From: an uncultured Tissierellia bacterium
Lineage (GTDB): Bacteria > Bacillota > Clostridia > Tissierellales > Peptoniphilaceae
NCBI GenBank assembly: GCA_902489375.1
Contig: CABTZP010000001.1
Location: 1 to 42,170 of the forward strand
DNA: 42,170 nt
Reading direction: 5' to 3'
Below the pieces are notes generated by a model that saw only the letters and a program-made list of their open reading frames with translations, had not been told where the DNA came from and did not search any database. The stretch's first letter is position 1; each line of letters opens with the position of its first letter. This document shows, one piece after another, positions 35,544 through 42,170 of this stretch. The position numbers and the translations under genes are program-made.

Positions 35544-35790
35544 ATATCAGGTTGGAGATCATGTCACGCTAAAAAAGGGCCACCCCTGTGGAACAAATGA
35601 TTGGCAGATTCTTCGAACGGGCGTAGACATCAAATTATCTTGTACGGGCTGCCAAAAGATCGTTTGGTTAAAGAGAACGGAATTTGATAAGCGGGTTAGG
35701 AAAATCCAAAATCAAGAGGGAAAATTTGTCTCTATTGTCCACTTTCAGCGTGAAGAAGAAAACGATTTTAAAGAAGAGTCTCTGGAATAG
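35536..35790 (+). CDS. DUF951-family small protein
   Basis: 84 aa. GDHVTLKKGHPCGTNDWQILRTGVDIKLSCTGCQKIVWLKRTEF matches the conserved DUF951 pattern (KKxHPCG..W...R.GaDi...C..C) that I recall from Bacilli and Clostridia. Confidence 0.7.
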   Translation: MSKYQVGDHVTLKKGHPCGTNDWQILRTGVDIKLSCTGCQKIVWLKRTEFDKRVRKIQNQEGKFVSIVHFQREEENDFKEESLE

Positions 35791-35831
35791 GACCGCCGCT
35801 TTTAAGAAAAAAATTGAAGAAAAAAAGGCAT

Positions 35832-35915
35832 AAAAAAAGAGCCGCCTTTAGATGGGATCATGCCGAAAAGGACCTTTCGGGCATGATCGATCAAAAAGGA
35901 CAGGGCTCTTTTTTT
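35832..35915. terminator. Compound bidirectional terminator between DUF951 gene and glyA
   Basis: The inner hairpin is GATCATGCCGAAA / TTTCGGGCATGATC (35856-35888). It is nested inside the outer pairing AAAAAAAGAGCC (35832-35843) / GGCTCTTTTTTT (35904-35915), which gives a U-tract in either reading direction. Confidence 0.6.
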
Positions 35916-35928
35916 CGTTCAATTTCTA

Positions 35929-37158
35929 TCAATAGGATGGATACCAGAGGGGGTGCTTTTCGGTTAAAGCCAGCACTTCTTTAGAGAGTCTTTCCAGCTG
36001 GGATTCCTGATCCCGGTTTTCAATGGCTTCGGAAATGATCTGAGCGACCTTTCTAAAGTCATCTTCTTTAAAGCCCCGTGAGGTCATTGCGGGAACCCCA
36101 AGGCGAAGGCCGGAGGTGACGGCAGGAGATTCTGTTTCGTTGGGAATGGTATTTTTGTTTGCCGTGATATGGATTCGGTCCAAAAGTTCTTCCGCATCCT
36201 TACCGGTGATGCCCTTGCTTTTGACGTTTAAAAGGACCATGTGATTATCTGTTCCGCCGGCGACAATAGTAAAGCCTTCTTTTATCAGCTCATCGGCAAA
36301 GGCTTTGGCATTGGCGACCACCTGCTTTTGATAGTTCACAAATTCCGGCTGCAGGGCCTCATAAAGGGCCTGGGCCTTGGCGCCGATCACGTGCATAAGA
36401 GGACCGCCCTGGATTCCAGGGAAAATGGCGTGATTAATTTTTTTATAGATTTCCTTATCGTTGGTCATAATCATGCCGCCTCTCGGGCCCCGGAGGGTTT
36501 TATGGGTGGTTGTCGTGACCAGATCAGCATAGGGACAAGGATTAGGATGGAGTCCCGCCGCAACAAGACCTGCAATGTGGGCCATGTCCACCATCAAAAA
36601 GCAGCCGACCTCATCCGCGATTTCTCTAAATTTTTTAAAATCAATGGTTCGGGAATAAGCGGAGGCGCCGGCAACGATAACATTGGGCTTTTCTTCCAGC
36701 GCCATTTGTCGAATGGCATCATAATTGAGCTGTTCGGTTACCGGATCTATCCCATATTGAACGATTTGATAGTCTTCTCCACTGAAAGAAACCGGACTAC
36801 CATGGGTCAAATGGCCGCCGTCACTGAGGCGCATCCCCATAATTTTTTCTCCATGTTTTAAAAGAGCCCGGTAGGCCGCCATATTTGCGGAAGAGCCGGA
36901 ATGGGGCTGAACATTGACATACTTTACCTGGAAGAGTTCCTTTGCGTAGGATCGGGCCTGGCGCTCAAAGATATCGATGTACTCACAGCCGCCGTAGTAT
37001 CTGCGACCGGGATAGCCCTCGGCGTATTTGTTATTGAGAATGCTTCCCTGAAGTTCCAGGACGGCATTCGAAGGATAATTTTCACTGGCAATTAACTCAA
37101 TATTTTTTTCCTGACGGCTGCGCTCGGCAACCAAGGCTTCCTTCAAAATGGGATCCAT
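35929..37158 (-). CDS. glyA: Serine hydroxymethyltransferase
   Basis: ELIASENY and the PLP-lysine motif [14 protein letters not shown]. Start refined to ATG 37158 (MDPILKEAL), with GGAGGAGG 9 nt upstream. Confidence 0.95.
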   Translation of the reverse strand: MDPILKEALVAERSRQEKNIELIASENYPSNAVLELQGSILNNKYAEGYPGRRYYGGCEYIDIFERQARSYAKELFQVKYVNVQPHSGSSANMAAYRALLKHGEKIMGMRLSDGGHLTHGSPVSFSGEDYQIVQYGIDPVTEQLNYDAIRQMALEEKPNVIVAGASAYSRTIDFKKFREIADEVGCFLMVDMAHIAGLVAAGLHPNPCPYADLVTTTTHKTLRGPRGGMIMTNDKEIYKKINHAIFPGIQGGPLMHVIGAKAQALYEALQPEFVNYQKQVVANAKAFADELIKEGFTIVAGGTDNHMVLLNVKSKGITGKDAEELLDRIHITANKNTIPNETESPAVTSGLRLGVPAMTSRGFKEDDFRKVAQIISEAIENRDQESQLERLSKEVLALTEKHPLWYPSY

Positions 37159-37250
37159 ATTTTTCATCCTCCTCCGTGTTAAAAGTCTTTTTTTCCATCC
37201 GCGTCCAATCAAGGCCAGAGCAAGCGGGCCTTAAAGGCAAATCTTTGGAC

Positions 37251-37754
37251 CTACCGGCGGAGAAAGTCCGCCCGGCCCGGTTCGGTCGCCGGAATTTCAT
37301 AACCGGCTTTTTGCATTTCATGAAGTTTCATCAGCAAGAGGTGAATATCGACATTTAAGATCTGGGCGATACCGACCACATCATATCCGTCTCGAGCCAG
37401 CTGTTCAATCTCTTTTTCCTCTAACAGCAAATGACAGGCAAAAAGATTCGCTTCATATTCGGTCCGGGAGCTGGCCGAAAAAAGGGTAAACGGGACAAGG
37501 TCAGCGATGCCCTCAGAAGGCCGGTGCAAAAGGGCATGGCCCAATTCATGGGCAAGAACCGTTCGCCGCTCCTGATCACCCATATTGGCATTGAGAAAAA
37601 TACAGGACCTTCCTTCAATCACGGCATACATTCCCAAGAGATTCTCGAAATCCGACCGGTTATACAAAGAAATTGACAGGGCGGAAACCAGCTCTTCCGG
37701 GTCGGAAGTCTTATACTGATCTTTCAGCCCTTGCACCATTTCTTTCATATTCAT
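37251..37754 (-). CDS. ImmA/IrrE-family (M78/DUF955) metallopeptidase
   Basis: HEXXH motif in VLAHELGHALLH, with a downstream EYEANLFACHLLL block typical of ImmA/IrrE proteases. The start overlaps the stop of the XRE gene (TAATG). Confidence 0.85.
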   Translation of the reverse strand: MNMKEMVQGLKDQYKTSDPEELVSALSISLYNRSDFENLLGMYAVIEGRSCIFLNANMGDQERRTVLAHELGHALLHRPSEGIADLVPFTLFSASSRTEYEANLFACHLLLEEKEIEQLARDGYDVVGIAQILNVDIHLLLMKLHEMQKAGYEIPATEPGRADFLRR

Positions 37755-38143
37755 TAAAATTTCTCCCGGCGGCCGTCCCAGTAGGCATCTTCCAGGGCTT
37801 TCATGACAGCATCCTTATCCCGGCTGGAAAGCTTGCCTCCGGAAAACATGGCCTGGGCCTGCCGAATCAGAGTCTCGGCCTGGATTTTCCCGTCTTCCTT
37901 TTCCCACATCGCATGCATCTCTTCTTCTTCATTCTCAACGAACAGGTAATTGAGGCGGACATGGAAAAGCTCTGCCATTTTTTCATAGGTTTCCCGGCTT
38001 TTGGGATAGGACTGGCCGGATTCATAGGAACCGACCGTTCGGGTGGATACGCCGATTTTTTCTCCCAGAGCGCGTTGGGTCAAACCGGCCTTTTTTCTCA
38101 GCGCTTTGATTTTTTCTGCAAAGGTCACAGGATCCTCCTTCAT
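37754..38143 (-). CDS. XRE-family helix-turn-helix transcriptional regulator (ImmR-like)
   Basis: HTH_3 region FAEKIKALRKKAGLTQRALGEKIGVSTRTVGSYESG. The C-terminal helical domain FSGGKLSSRDKDAVMKALEDAYW is common in ImmA-partnered repressors. The likely start is ATG 38143 (nearly leaderless); the track start at 38218 would run into the promoter/operator region. Confidence 0.85.
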   Translation of the reverse strand: MKEDPVTFAEKIKALRKKAGLTQRALGEKIGVSTRTVGSYESGQSYPKSRETYEKMAELFHVRLNYLFVENEEEEMHAMWEKEDGKIQAETLIRQAQAMFSGGKLSSRDKDAVMKALEDAYWDGRREKF

Positions 38144-38158
38144 GGTCGCAAAATCAAG

Positions 38159-38187
38159 AAGATAAAGTTCTTGTTTCTTCTTGACAA
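38159..38187 (-). promoter_or_regulatory. Candidate divergent promoter for the XRE-ImmA operon
   Basis: The minus strand reads TTGTCA (38182-38187), a 17-nt spacer, then TATCTT (38159-38164). Its -35 overlaps the -35 of the plus-strand promoter. Its -10 lies inside operator copy A. The predicted start is a few nt from ATG 38143. Confidence 0.4.
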
Positions 38188-38209
38188 AGGAAGATAAACT
38201 TCCTATACT
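38181..38209 (+). promoter_or_regulatory. Near-consensus sigma-A promoter reading toward the Y-family polymerase gene
   Basis: TTGACA (38181-38186), a 17-nt spacer, then TATACT (38204-38209). The spacer is entirely occupied by operator copy B. Copies C and D lie just downstream of the predicted transcription start. Confidence 0.65.
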
Positions 38210-38314
38210 GATATCCAAGAGGGGAAAGAAGAAGTTTATCTTCTTGAAGTTTACTTCTTTTTGAGGGAACTGTCAAAAGGAAAAGCGGGGGTGGGAGCAG
38301 AAAGAGAGAAGGAA

Positions 38315-39565
38315 ATGAAAAAAACCATCCTTCATGCCGATATGAATTCTTGTTACGTCTCCATTGAACAAGCTCGTCATCCCGAGTTAAAAGGAAAGGC
38401 GGTAGCGGTTGGCGGGTCAGAAAAAGATCGAAATGGGATTATTTTAGCCAAGTCAATTGAGGCGAAGGCCCAGGGAGTAAAGACCGGCGAGGTCATCTGG
38501 CAGGCCAAAGGCAAATGTCCGAACCTGATGATTCTTCCCGCTGATTTTGCGCTGTATCTGACCTATTCGAAGCTGGCTCATGCGATTTACCGGGAATACA
38601 CGGATCGGATTGAACCCTTTGGCATTGATGAATGCTGGCTGGATGTTACCGAAAGTCAGAAGCTTTTTGGAAATGGAGATGTGATTGCTGAGGAGCTGAG
38701 AAGAAGATTTCGAGAAGAGCTGGACATCACTATCTCGGTGGGAATTTCTGACAATAAAATATTTGCGAAACTCGGCAGCGATTATAAAAAGCCGGATGCG
38801 CAAACGAGAATTGATTTGGAAAATTATCAGAAAATTGCCTGGCCTCTTCCGGTAGAAGATCTGCTTTATTGCGGGCCAAGGACAAGGAAAAAGCTTCATC
38901 GCATGGGGGTGATGACAATAGGGAATCTGGCAAAGACGGACCCTTCCTTTATTCAAAAGTTTCTTGGCGTAAATGGCCTTCGCCTTTGGATTGCCGCCAA
39001 TGGAAGGGATGATACGCCGGTTGCCCGGGAAGATTTTGTCCCCCCGATCAAGTCCATCGGCTGTGGAACAACCTTTCGAAGAGATCTTAGAAATGATAAG
39101 GAAGTAAAAGGGGGACTGATTGCTTTGGCCCAGGAGCTGGAAAAAAAGCTGATCGAGAAAAAATTTTCCGGAAAAAGCCTCCACCTTTCCGTTCGAGACG
39201 GCCTGCTGGCTTATCAGGAGGCCAAAATGAACCTGGCCTATCCAGTACAAAATGCCAGCGAGCTTGCCGAAAGTGGCTTTTCTCTTTTTTGCCAGACTTG
39301 GACCTGGAAGCATCCGGTTCGGGCGATGACCCTAAGGGTCAGTGACCTTTTTCCCGAACAAACGGCCGTTCAAAGGGCCTTTTTTCCTGATTTTTTACGG
39401 CATGAAAAAAAAGAGAGATTAGGGAAAACAATTCATGAACTTCAAAAGCGATACGGCCCGCAATCGGTCCAGCCTGCGGTTATGAAAGATTTTCACCAGG
39501 CCGATCTTTTACGGCCCCGGGCGACCATGCCGTCAAATTGCTTTTCCGCGCTTCGAAAAGCCTGA
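38315..39565 (+). CDS. dinB: Y-family DNA polymerase (DinB/Pol IV-like)
   Basis: The N-terminus ILHADMNSCYVSIEQ (catalytic Asp), FGIDECWLDVT and SVGISDNKIFAKLGSDYKKPD are Y-family palm motifs. ATG 38315 is preferred over the TTG at 38261. Confidence 0.85.
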   Translation: MKKTILHADMNSCYVSIEQARHPELKGKAVAVGGSEKDRNGIILAKSIEAKAQGVKTGEVIWQAKGKCPNLMILPADFALYLTYSKLAHAIYREYTDRIEPFGIDECWLDVTESQKLFGNGDVIAEELRRRFREELDITISVGISDNKIFAKLGSDYKKPDAQTRIDLENYQKIAWPLPVEDLLYCGPRTRKKLHRMGVMTIGNLAKTDPSFIQKFLGVNGLRLWIAANGRDDTPVAREDFVPPIKSIGCGTTFRRDLRNDKEVKGGLIALAQELEKKLIEKKFSGKSLHLSVRDGLLAYQEAKMNLAYPVQNASELAESGFSLFCQTWTWKHPVRAMTLRVSDLFPEQTAVQRAFFPDFLRHEKKERLGKTIHELQKRYGPQSVQPAVMKDFHQADLLRPRATMPSNCFSALRKA

Positions 39566-39712
39566 CCTCTGAGAAGAGGCCCGAAAAATCCCAAGGGGAA
39601 GGGGGAAAGAAGGATTGCTTTCTTTTTCAGATTGAGATAGGTTGAAATGGGCTTTGAAAAAAAGATGATTTTCAATTTGAATAAGCGAACTCGCTTGAGA
39701 AAGGAAAGGCCT

Positions 39713-40633
39713 ATGATTTACACGGTTACCTTAAATCCCTCCCTCGACTTTATTACCGTGGTTAAAGACTTAAAAAAGGGAAAAATCAACCGATCTTGTG
39801 AAGATAGCATGAATGCTGGCGGCCATGCGATTACGGTCTCCCGATTTTTAAATATTTTGCAGATGCCGACGACCGCAACCGGTTTTGTTGGAGGAAAAAC
39901 CGGCGCCTTTGTCGAGGATGAACTTAGCCGGCAGGGAATCGCCCATCATTTCATTCACATTAAGGAAAATACCCGAATCAACCTGGGCATTTTTTCCGGG
40001 GGCATGGAGACCCGGATTAATGGGACGGGCCCTCACGTTAGCCTGGAGGAAATCAATGATCTGATGTACTATCTTTCCCGGATTCGGGAAGGAGATGTTG
40101 TCATTATGGCTGGATCCATTCCTAAGGATATGCCTCCCAGCGTTTACAGCCGGATTGTTGAGATTGCCGTTGTCAATGGAGCTGACTTTATTCTTCACGT
40201 TGATCAGGCGTTGGTCAAGCCGATCCTTCAAAAGGGACCCCTTCTGGTGACCCCAAGCCTGGAAGATCTTTCTGAATTTTACGGGCAGGAAGTCCTCACG
40301 AAAGAAGACGTATTAAAATATGGAATGCGCTATTTTAACGAAGGACCAAAAAATGTCCTGGTCAATATGGGACTGGAAGGATCCATGCTTTTTGCGGAAG
40401 ATGGAAAAATCTATGAGGCCGGAGGCCCCGGAAAAACCATTATTTCCACAACCTACGCGGATATGGGTCTGGTTGCCGGCTTTGTTGGCGATTATATGCG
40501 AACGGGAAACCCAAAAGAAGCCTTTCATTTAGCCCAGGTCATTGGTCATGCGGCCTGTTATGTTCAAACCTTGCCAAATATGGACCTTCTTCGTCAGGCC
40601 GGCGAAGAGGTGGAGATTCTTCCTCTTAATTGA
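39713..40633 (+). CDS. fruK: 1-phosphofructokinase / PfkB-family sugar kinase
   Basis: The MIYTVTLNPSLDFI N-terminus is typical of FruK. There is a C-terminal PfkB signature region (..TTYADMGLVAGF..). A ~306-aa product results from ATG 39713 (AGGAAAGG RBS). No fruR or fruA is adjacent. Confidence 0.7.
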   Translation: MIYTVTLNPSLDFITVVKDLKKGKINRSCEDSMNAGGHAITVSRFLNILQMPTTATGFVGGKTGAFVEDELSRQGIAHHFIHIKENTRINLGIFSGGMETRINGTGPHVSLEEINDLMYYLSRIREGDVVIMAGSIPKDMPPSVYSRIVEIAVVNGADFILHVDQALVKPILQKGPLLVTPSLEDLSEFYGQEVLTKEDVLKYGMRYFNEGPKNVLVNMGLEGSMLFAEDGKIYEAGGPGKTIISTTYADMGLVAGFVGDYMRTGNPKEAFHLAQVIGHAACYVQTLPNMDLLRQAGEEVEILPLN

Positions 40634-40645
40634 GCGGAAGAAAAA

Positions 40646-40670
40646 GGCAGAAAGATTTTTTCTTTCTGCC
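40646..40670. terminator. Intrinsic terminator between convergent fruK and NYN genes
   Basis: GGCAGAAAGA-TTTT-TCTTTCTGCC is a perfect 10-bp stem. On the minus strand it is followed by TTTTTCTTCC. Confidence 0.75.
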
Positions 40671-40690
40671 TGAGTCGAGATATGGAGATT

Positions 40691-41488
40691 TTACTGTTTT
40701 ATTCGGACAAAGACCTGTTTTCCGCCTTCTTTAGTGATTTGCCGGCGTTCGGTTTCTAAGGATTCCATGGACTCTATAAAAGGGGCCAACTTCTTATATC
40801 CGTAATTTCGGACATCAAAATCAGGAAAGCGCTTAGAAAGTTGGTTTCCCAAGTCTGCCAGAGAGATCCAGGAATCCTCATCGGAATTTTCCATAATAAT
40901 GGAACGGATAGCCCGGCGGAGGGTAGAGAACTTCGTCAGGGGCTGGGCCTTTTCCCGGTGAGCGCTCTGGCTTTTTTCCCCGTTTACTAAGCTGGCATTG
41001 GCTCCCGAATTTTCCTGGGAATCCGGTCCGTCTTCAGCGTCATTTTGATGGTCACTATAAAGAATGTCCAAATATTTAAACGTATTGCAGGCCGCAATAA
41101 AGGCCGGTGGCGTCTTGCTCTCTCCCATTCCGATGACATTCATTCCGGATTCCCGAAGGCGGGAGGCCAGACGGGTAAAGTCACTGTCAGAGCTCACCAG
41201 CACAAAGCCATCGACCGTCATGGTATAGAGAATATCCATGGCGTCAATAATTAAGGCAGAGTCCGAGGAATTTTTCCCATTAGTATAGGAATACTGCTGG
41301 ATAGGCGTAATGGAGGCATCCAGGAGGGTTCTTTTCCACCGGTTATTTTGCGTTTGTGTCCAGTCTCCGTATATGCGCCGGTAGGTGGTTATTCCGTACG
41401 TGGACACTTCGTCAAAAATAGTCTGAATATACTTTGGCGAAATATTTTCCGCGTCAATAAGTAAGGCATACTGATCTTCTTCGTTCAT
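40691..41488 (-). CDS. NYN-domain (LabA/PIN-like) protein with C-terminal OST-HTH/LOTUS domain
   Basis: The N-terminus ALLIDAENISPKYIQTIFDEV...YGDW...VLVSSDSDFTRLASRLRESG is the NYN/LabA pattern. The C-terminal WISLADLGNQLSKRFPDFDVRNYGYKKLAPFIES fits OST-HTH. Confidence 0.75.
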   Translation of the reverse strand: MNEEDQYALLIDAENISPKYIQTIFDEVSTYGITTYRRIYGDWTQTQNNRWKRTLLDASITPIQQYSYTNGKNSSDSALIIDAMDILYTMTVDGFVLVSSDSDFTRLASRLRESGMNVIGMGESKTPPAFIAACNTFKYLDILYSDHQNDAEDGPDSQENSGANASLVNGEKSQSAHREKAQPLTKFSTLRRAIRSIIMENSDEDSWISLADLGNQLSKRFPDFDVRNYGYKKLAPFIESMESLETERRQITKEGGKQVFVRIKQ

Positions 41489-41509
41489 TTTTTGCTCCTG
41501 CGAAATCGT

Positions 41510-42046
41510 TTATTCGGATTTTTCTTCCTCTCCTTTAAAGAGGATATGAGCGGGAACGCCAACGGCTGTGGCTCTGGCGGGAACGTCATGAAGAACAACG
41601 GCTCCGGCGCCAATTTTTGCGCCGTCCCCAACATGGATGGGGCCCAGGAGGGTGGCATGGGTGCCGATATAGACATGATTGCCTAAAATGGGATGGCGGT
41701 GTTTGGAATCTCCCCCCCGGCCACCTAAGGTGACCGAGTGGAACATTACGCAATCATCCCCGATTTCAGCTGTTTCTCCGATCACCACGCCCATTCCGTG
41801 ATCAATGAAAAAGCGGCGGCCGATCTTGGCGCCCGGATGAATTTCAATTCCGGTTTTTTTTCTGGCCCATTCGGAAATCGCCCGGGCAATAAGGGGTTTT
41901 CCTTTTAAATAAAATTCATGGGCAATATCATATGCTTTTAAAGCCTTGTTCATCGGGTAAAAATGGCGTGCTTCAAATAAAGAATGGCAGGCGGGGTCAT
42001 GGTCCATGACGCACTGAGCCTGTTCTTTCCAGTCTCTGTTTTTCAT
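41510..42046 (-). CDS. cysE: Serine O-acetyltransferase
   Basis: The left-handed beta-helix hexapeptide region IHPGAKIGRRFFIDHGMGVVIGETAEIGDDCVMFHSVTLGG is the CysE signature. The gene is 178 aa. Confidence 0.88.
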   Translation of the reverse strand: MKNRDWKEQAQCVMDHDPACHSLFEARHFYPMNKALKAYDIAHEFYLKGKPLIARAISEWARKKTGIEIHPGAKIGRRFFIDHGMGVVIGETAEIGDDCVMFHSVTLGGRGGDSKHRHPILGNHVYIGTHATLLGPIHVGDGAKIGAGAVVLHDVPARATAVGVPAHILFKGEEEKSE

Positions 42047-42170
42047 GAAAAATCCTTTTCTATTTTATCGTTTTAAGAAAAATTCGCAAAAGCGAATATA
42101 AGGAAGAGTAAAAAAATGCAAATCAGAAAAAAGGCCGGCAGACGAACGAATGCTTTTATTGAAAAGTAAA

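Larger units (their letters stand above)
38156..38257. promoter_or_regulatory. Array of 17-bp operator-like repeats AAGAAGATAAA(C/G)TTCTT
   Basis: Copy A, 38156-38172: AAGAAGATAAAGTTCTT. Copy B, 38188-38204: AGGAAGATAAACTTCCT. Copy C, 38229-38245: the reverse complement is AAGAAGATAAACTTCTT. Partial copy D, 38246-38257: GAAGTTTACTTC. Each copy has internal dyad symmetry (GAAG-N5-CTTC). Confidence 0.7.

Noticed and set aside
37251-39565. XRE/ImmA/dinB as a prophage or ICE remnant
   Set aside because: There is no integrase, excisionase, replication, conjugation or structural gene, no tRNA attachment site and no direct repeats in the flanks. The neighbours (glyA, fruK) are housekeeping genes. 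A mobile origin cannot be fully excluded from one window.
42047-42170. T-box or other leader upstream of cysE
   Set aside because: There is only a short AT-rich hairpin (ATTCGC-N4-GCGAAT, 42082-42097) followed by a T-run on the minus strand. No T-box consensus (..GGTGG..) appears in the 124 nt available, and the leader runs off the window.

Overview
This window is the chromosomal replication-origin region of a Bacillota (Firmicutes)-type bacterium, and almost all of it is conserved housekeeping sequence. All family calls come from motifs I recognise by eye; no database search was run.

Gene content:
- Left arm, minus strand: rpmH-rnpA-yidD-yidC-jag-mnmE-mnmG-rsmG, then a 325-bp noncoding gap, then cinA-parA-parB and a DUF4446-like gene. 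pta, pncB and a truncated TrmH/SpoU methylase lie at the left edge.
- Centre: a bipartite oriC, with DnaA-box clusters on both sides of dnaA and a DnaA-trio/AT-rich unwinding element just before dnaN.
- Right arm, plus strand: dnaA-dnaN-yaaA-recF-gyrB-gyrA, followed directly by an RsbV-like, RsbW-like and SigB-like module.
- Further right: a tandem Nudix fusion and an 8-gene envelope/ion-homeostasis string. That string is an orphan membrane protein, a YycJ-like MBL hydrolase, a TtcA-like PP-loop ATPase, uppP, a CNNM/CBS transporter, a second orphan membrane protein, MscS and DUF951.
- Right end: glyA, an XRE/ImmA pair divergent from a Y-family polymerase, fruK, an NYN-LOTUS protein and cysE.

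I found no rRNA, tRNA, CRISPR array, transposase or integrase.

The most interesting points:
1. Three exact copies of a parS-like 16-bp palindrome with a non-canonical central TA lie upstream of the par operon.
2. The RsbW-like anti-sigma factor has lost its ATP-lid and G-box kinase motifs. It sits in a module fused to the gyrBA operon.
3. An XRE repressor and ImmA/IrrE protease pair shares a face-to-face promoter region with a dinB-like polymerase. That region carries three or four copies of a 17-bp operator-like motif, which suggests a LexA-independent damage-response switch.
4. Many housekeeping proteins carry Lys/Glu-rich insertions.
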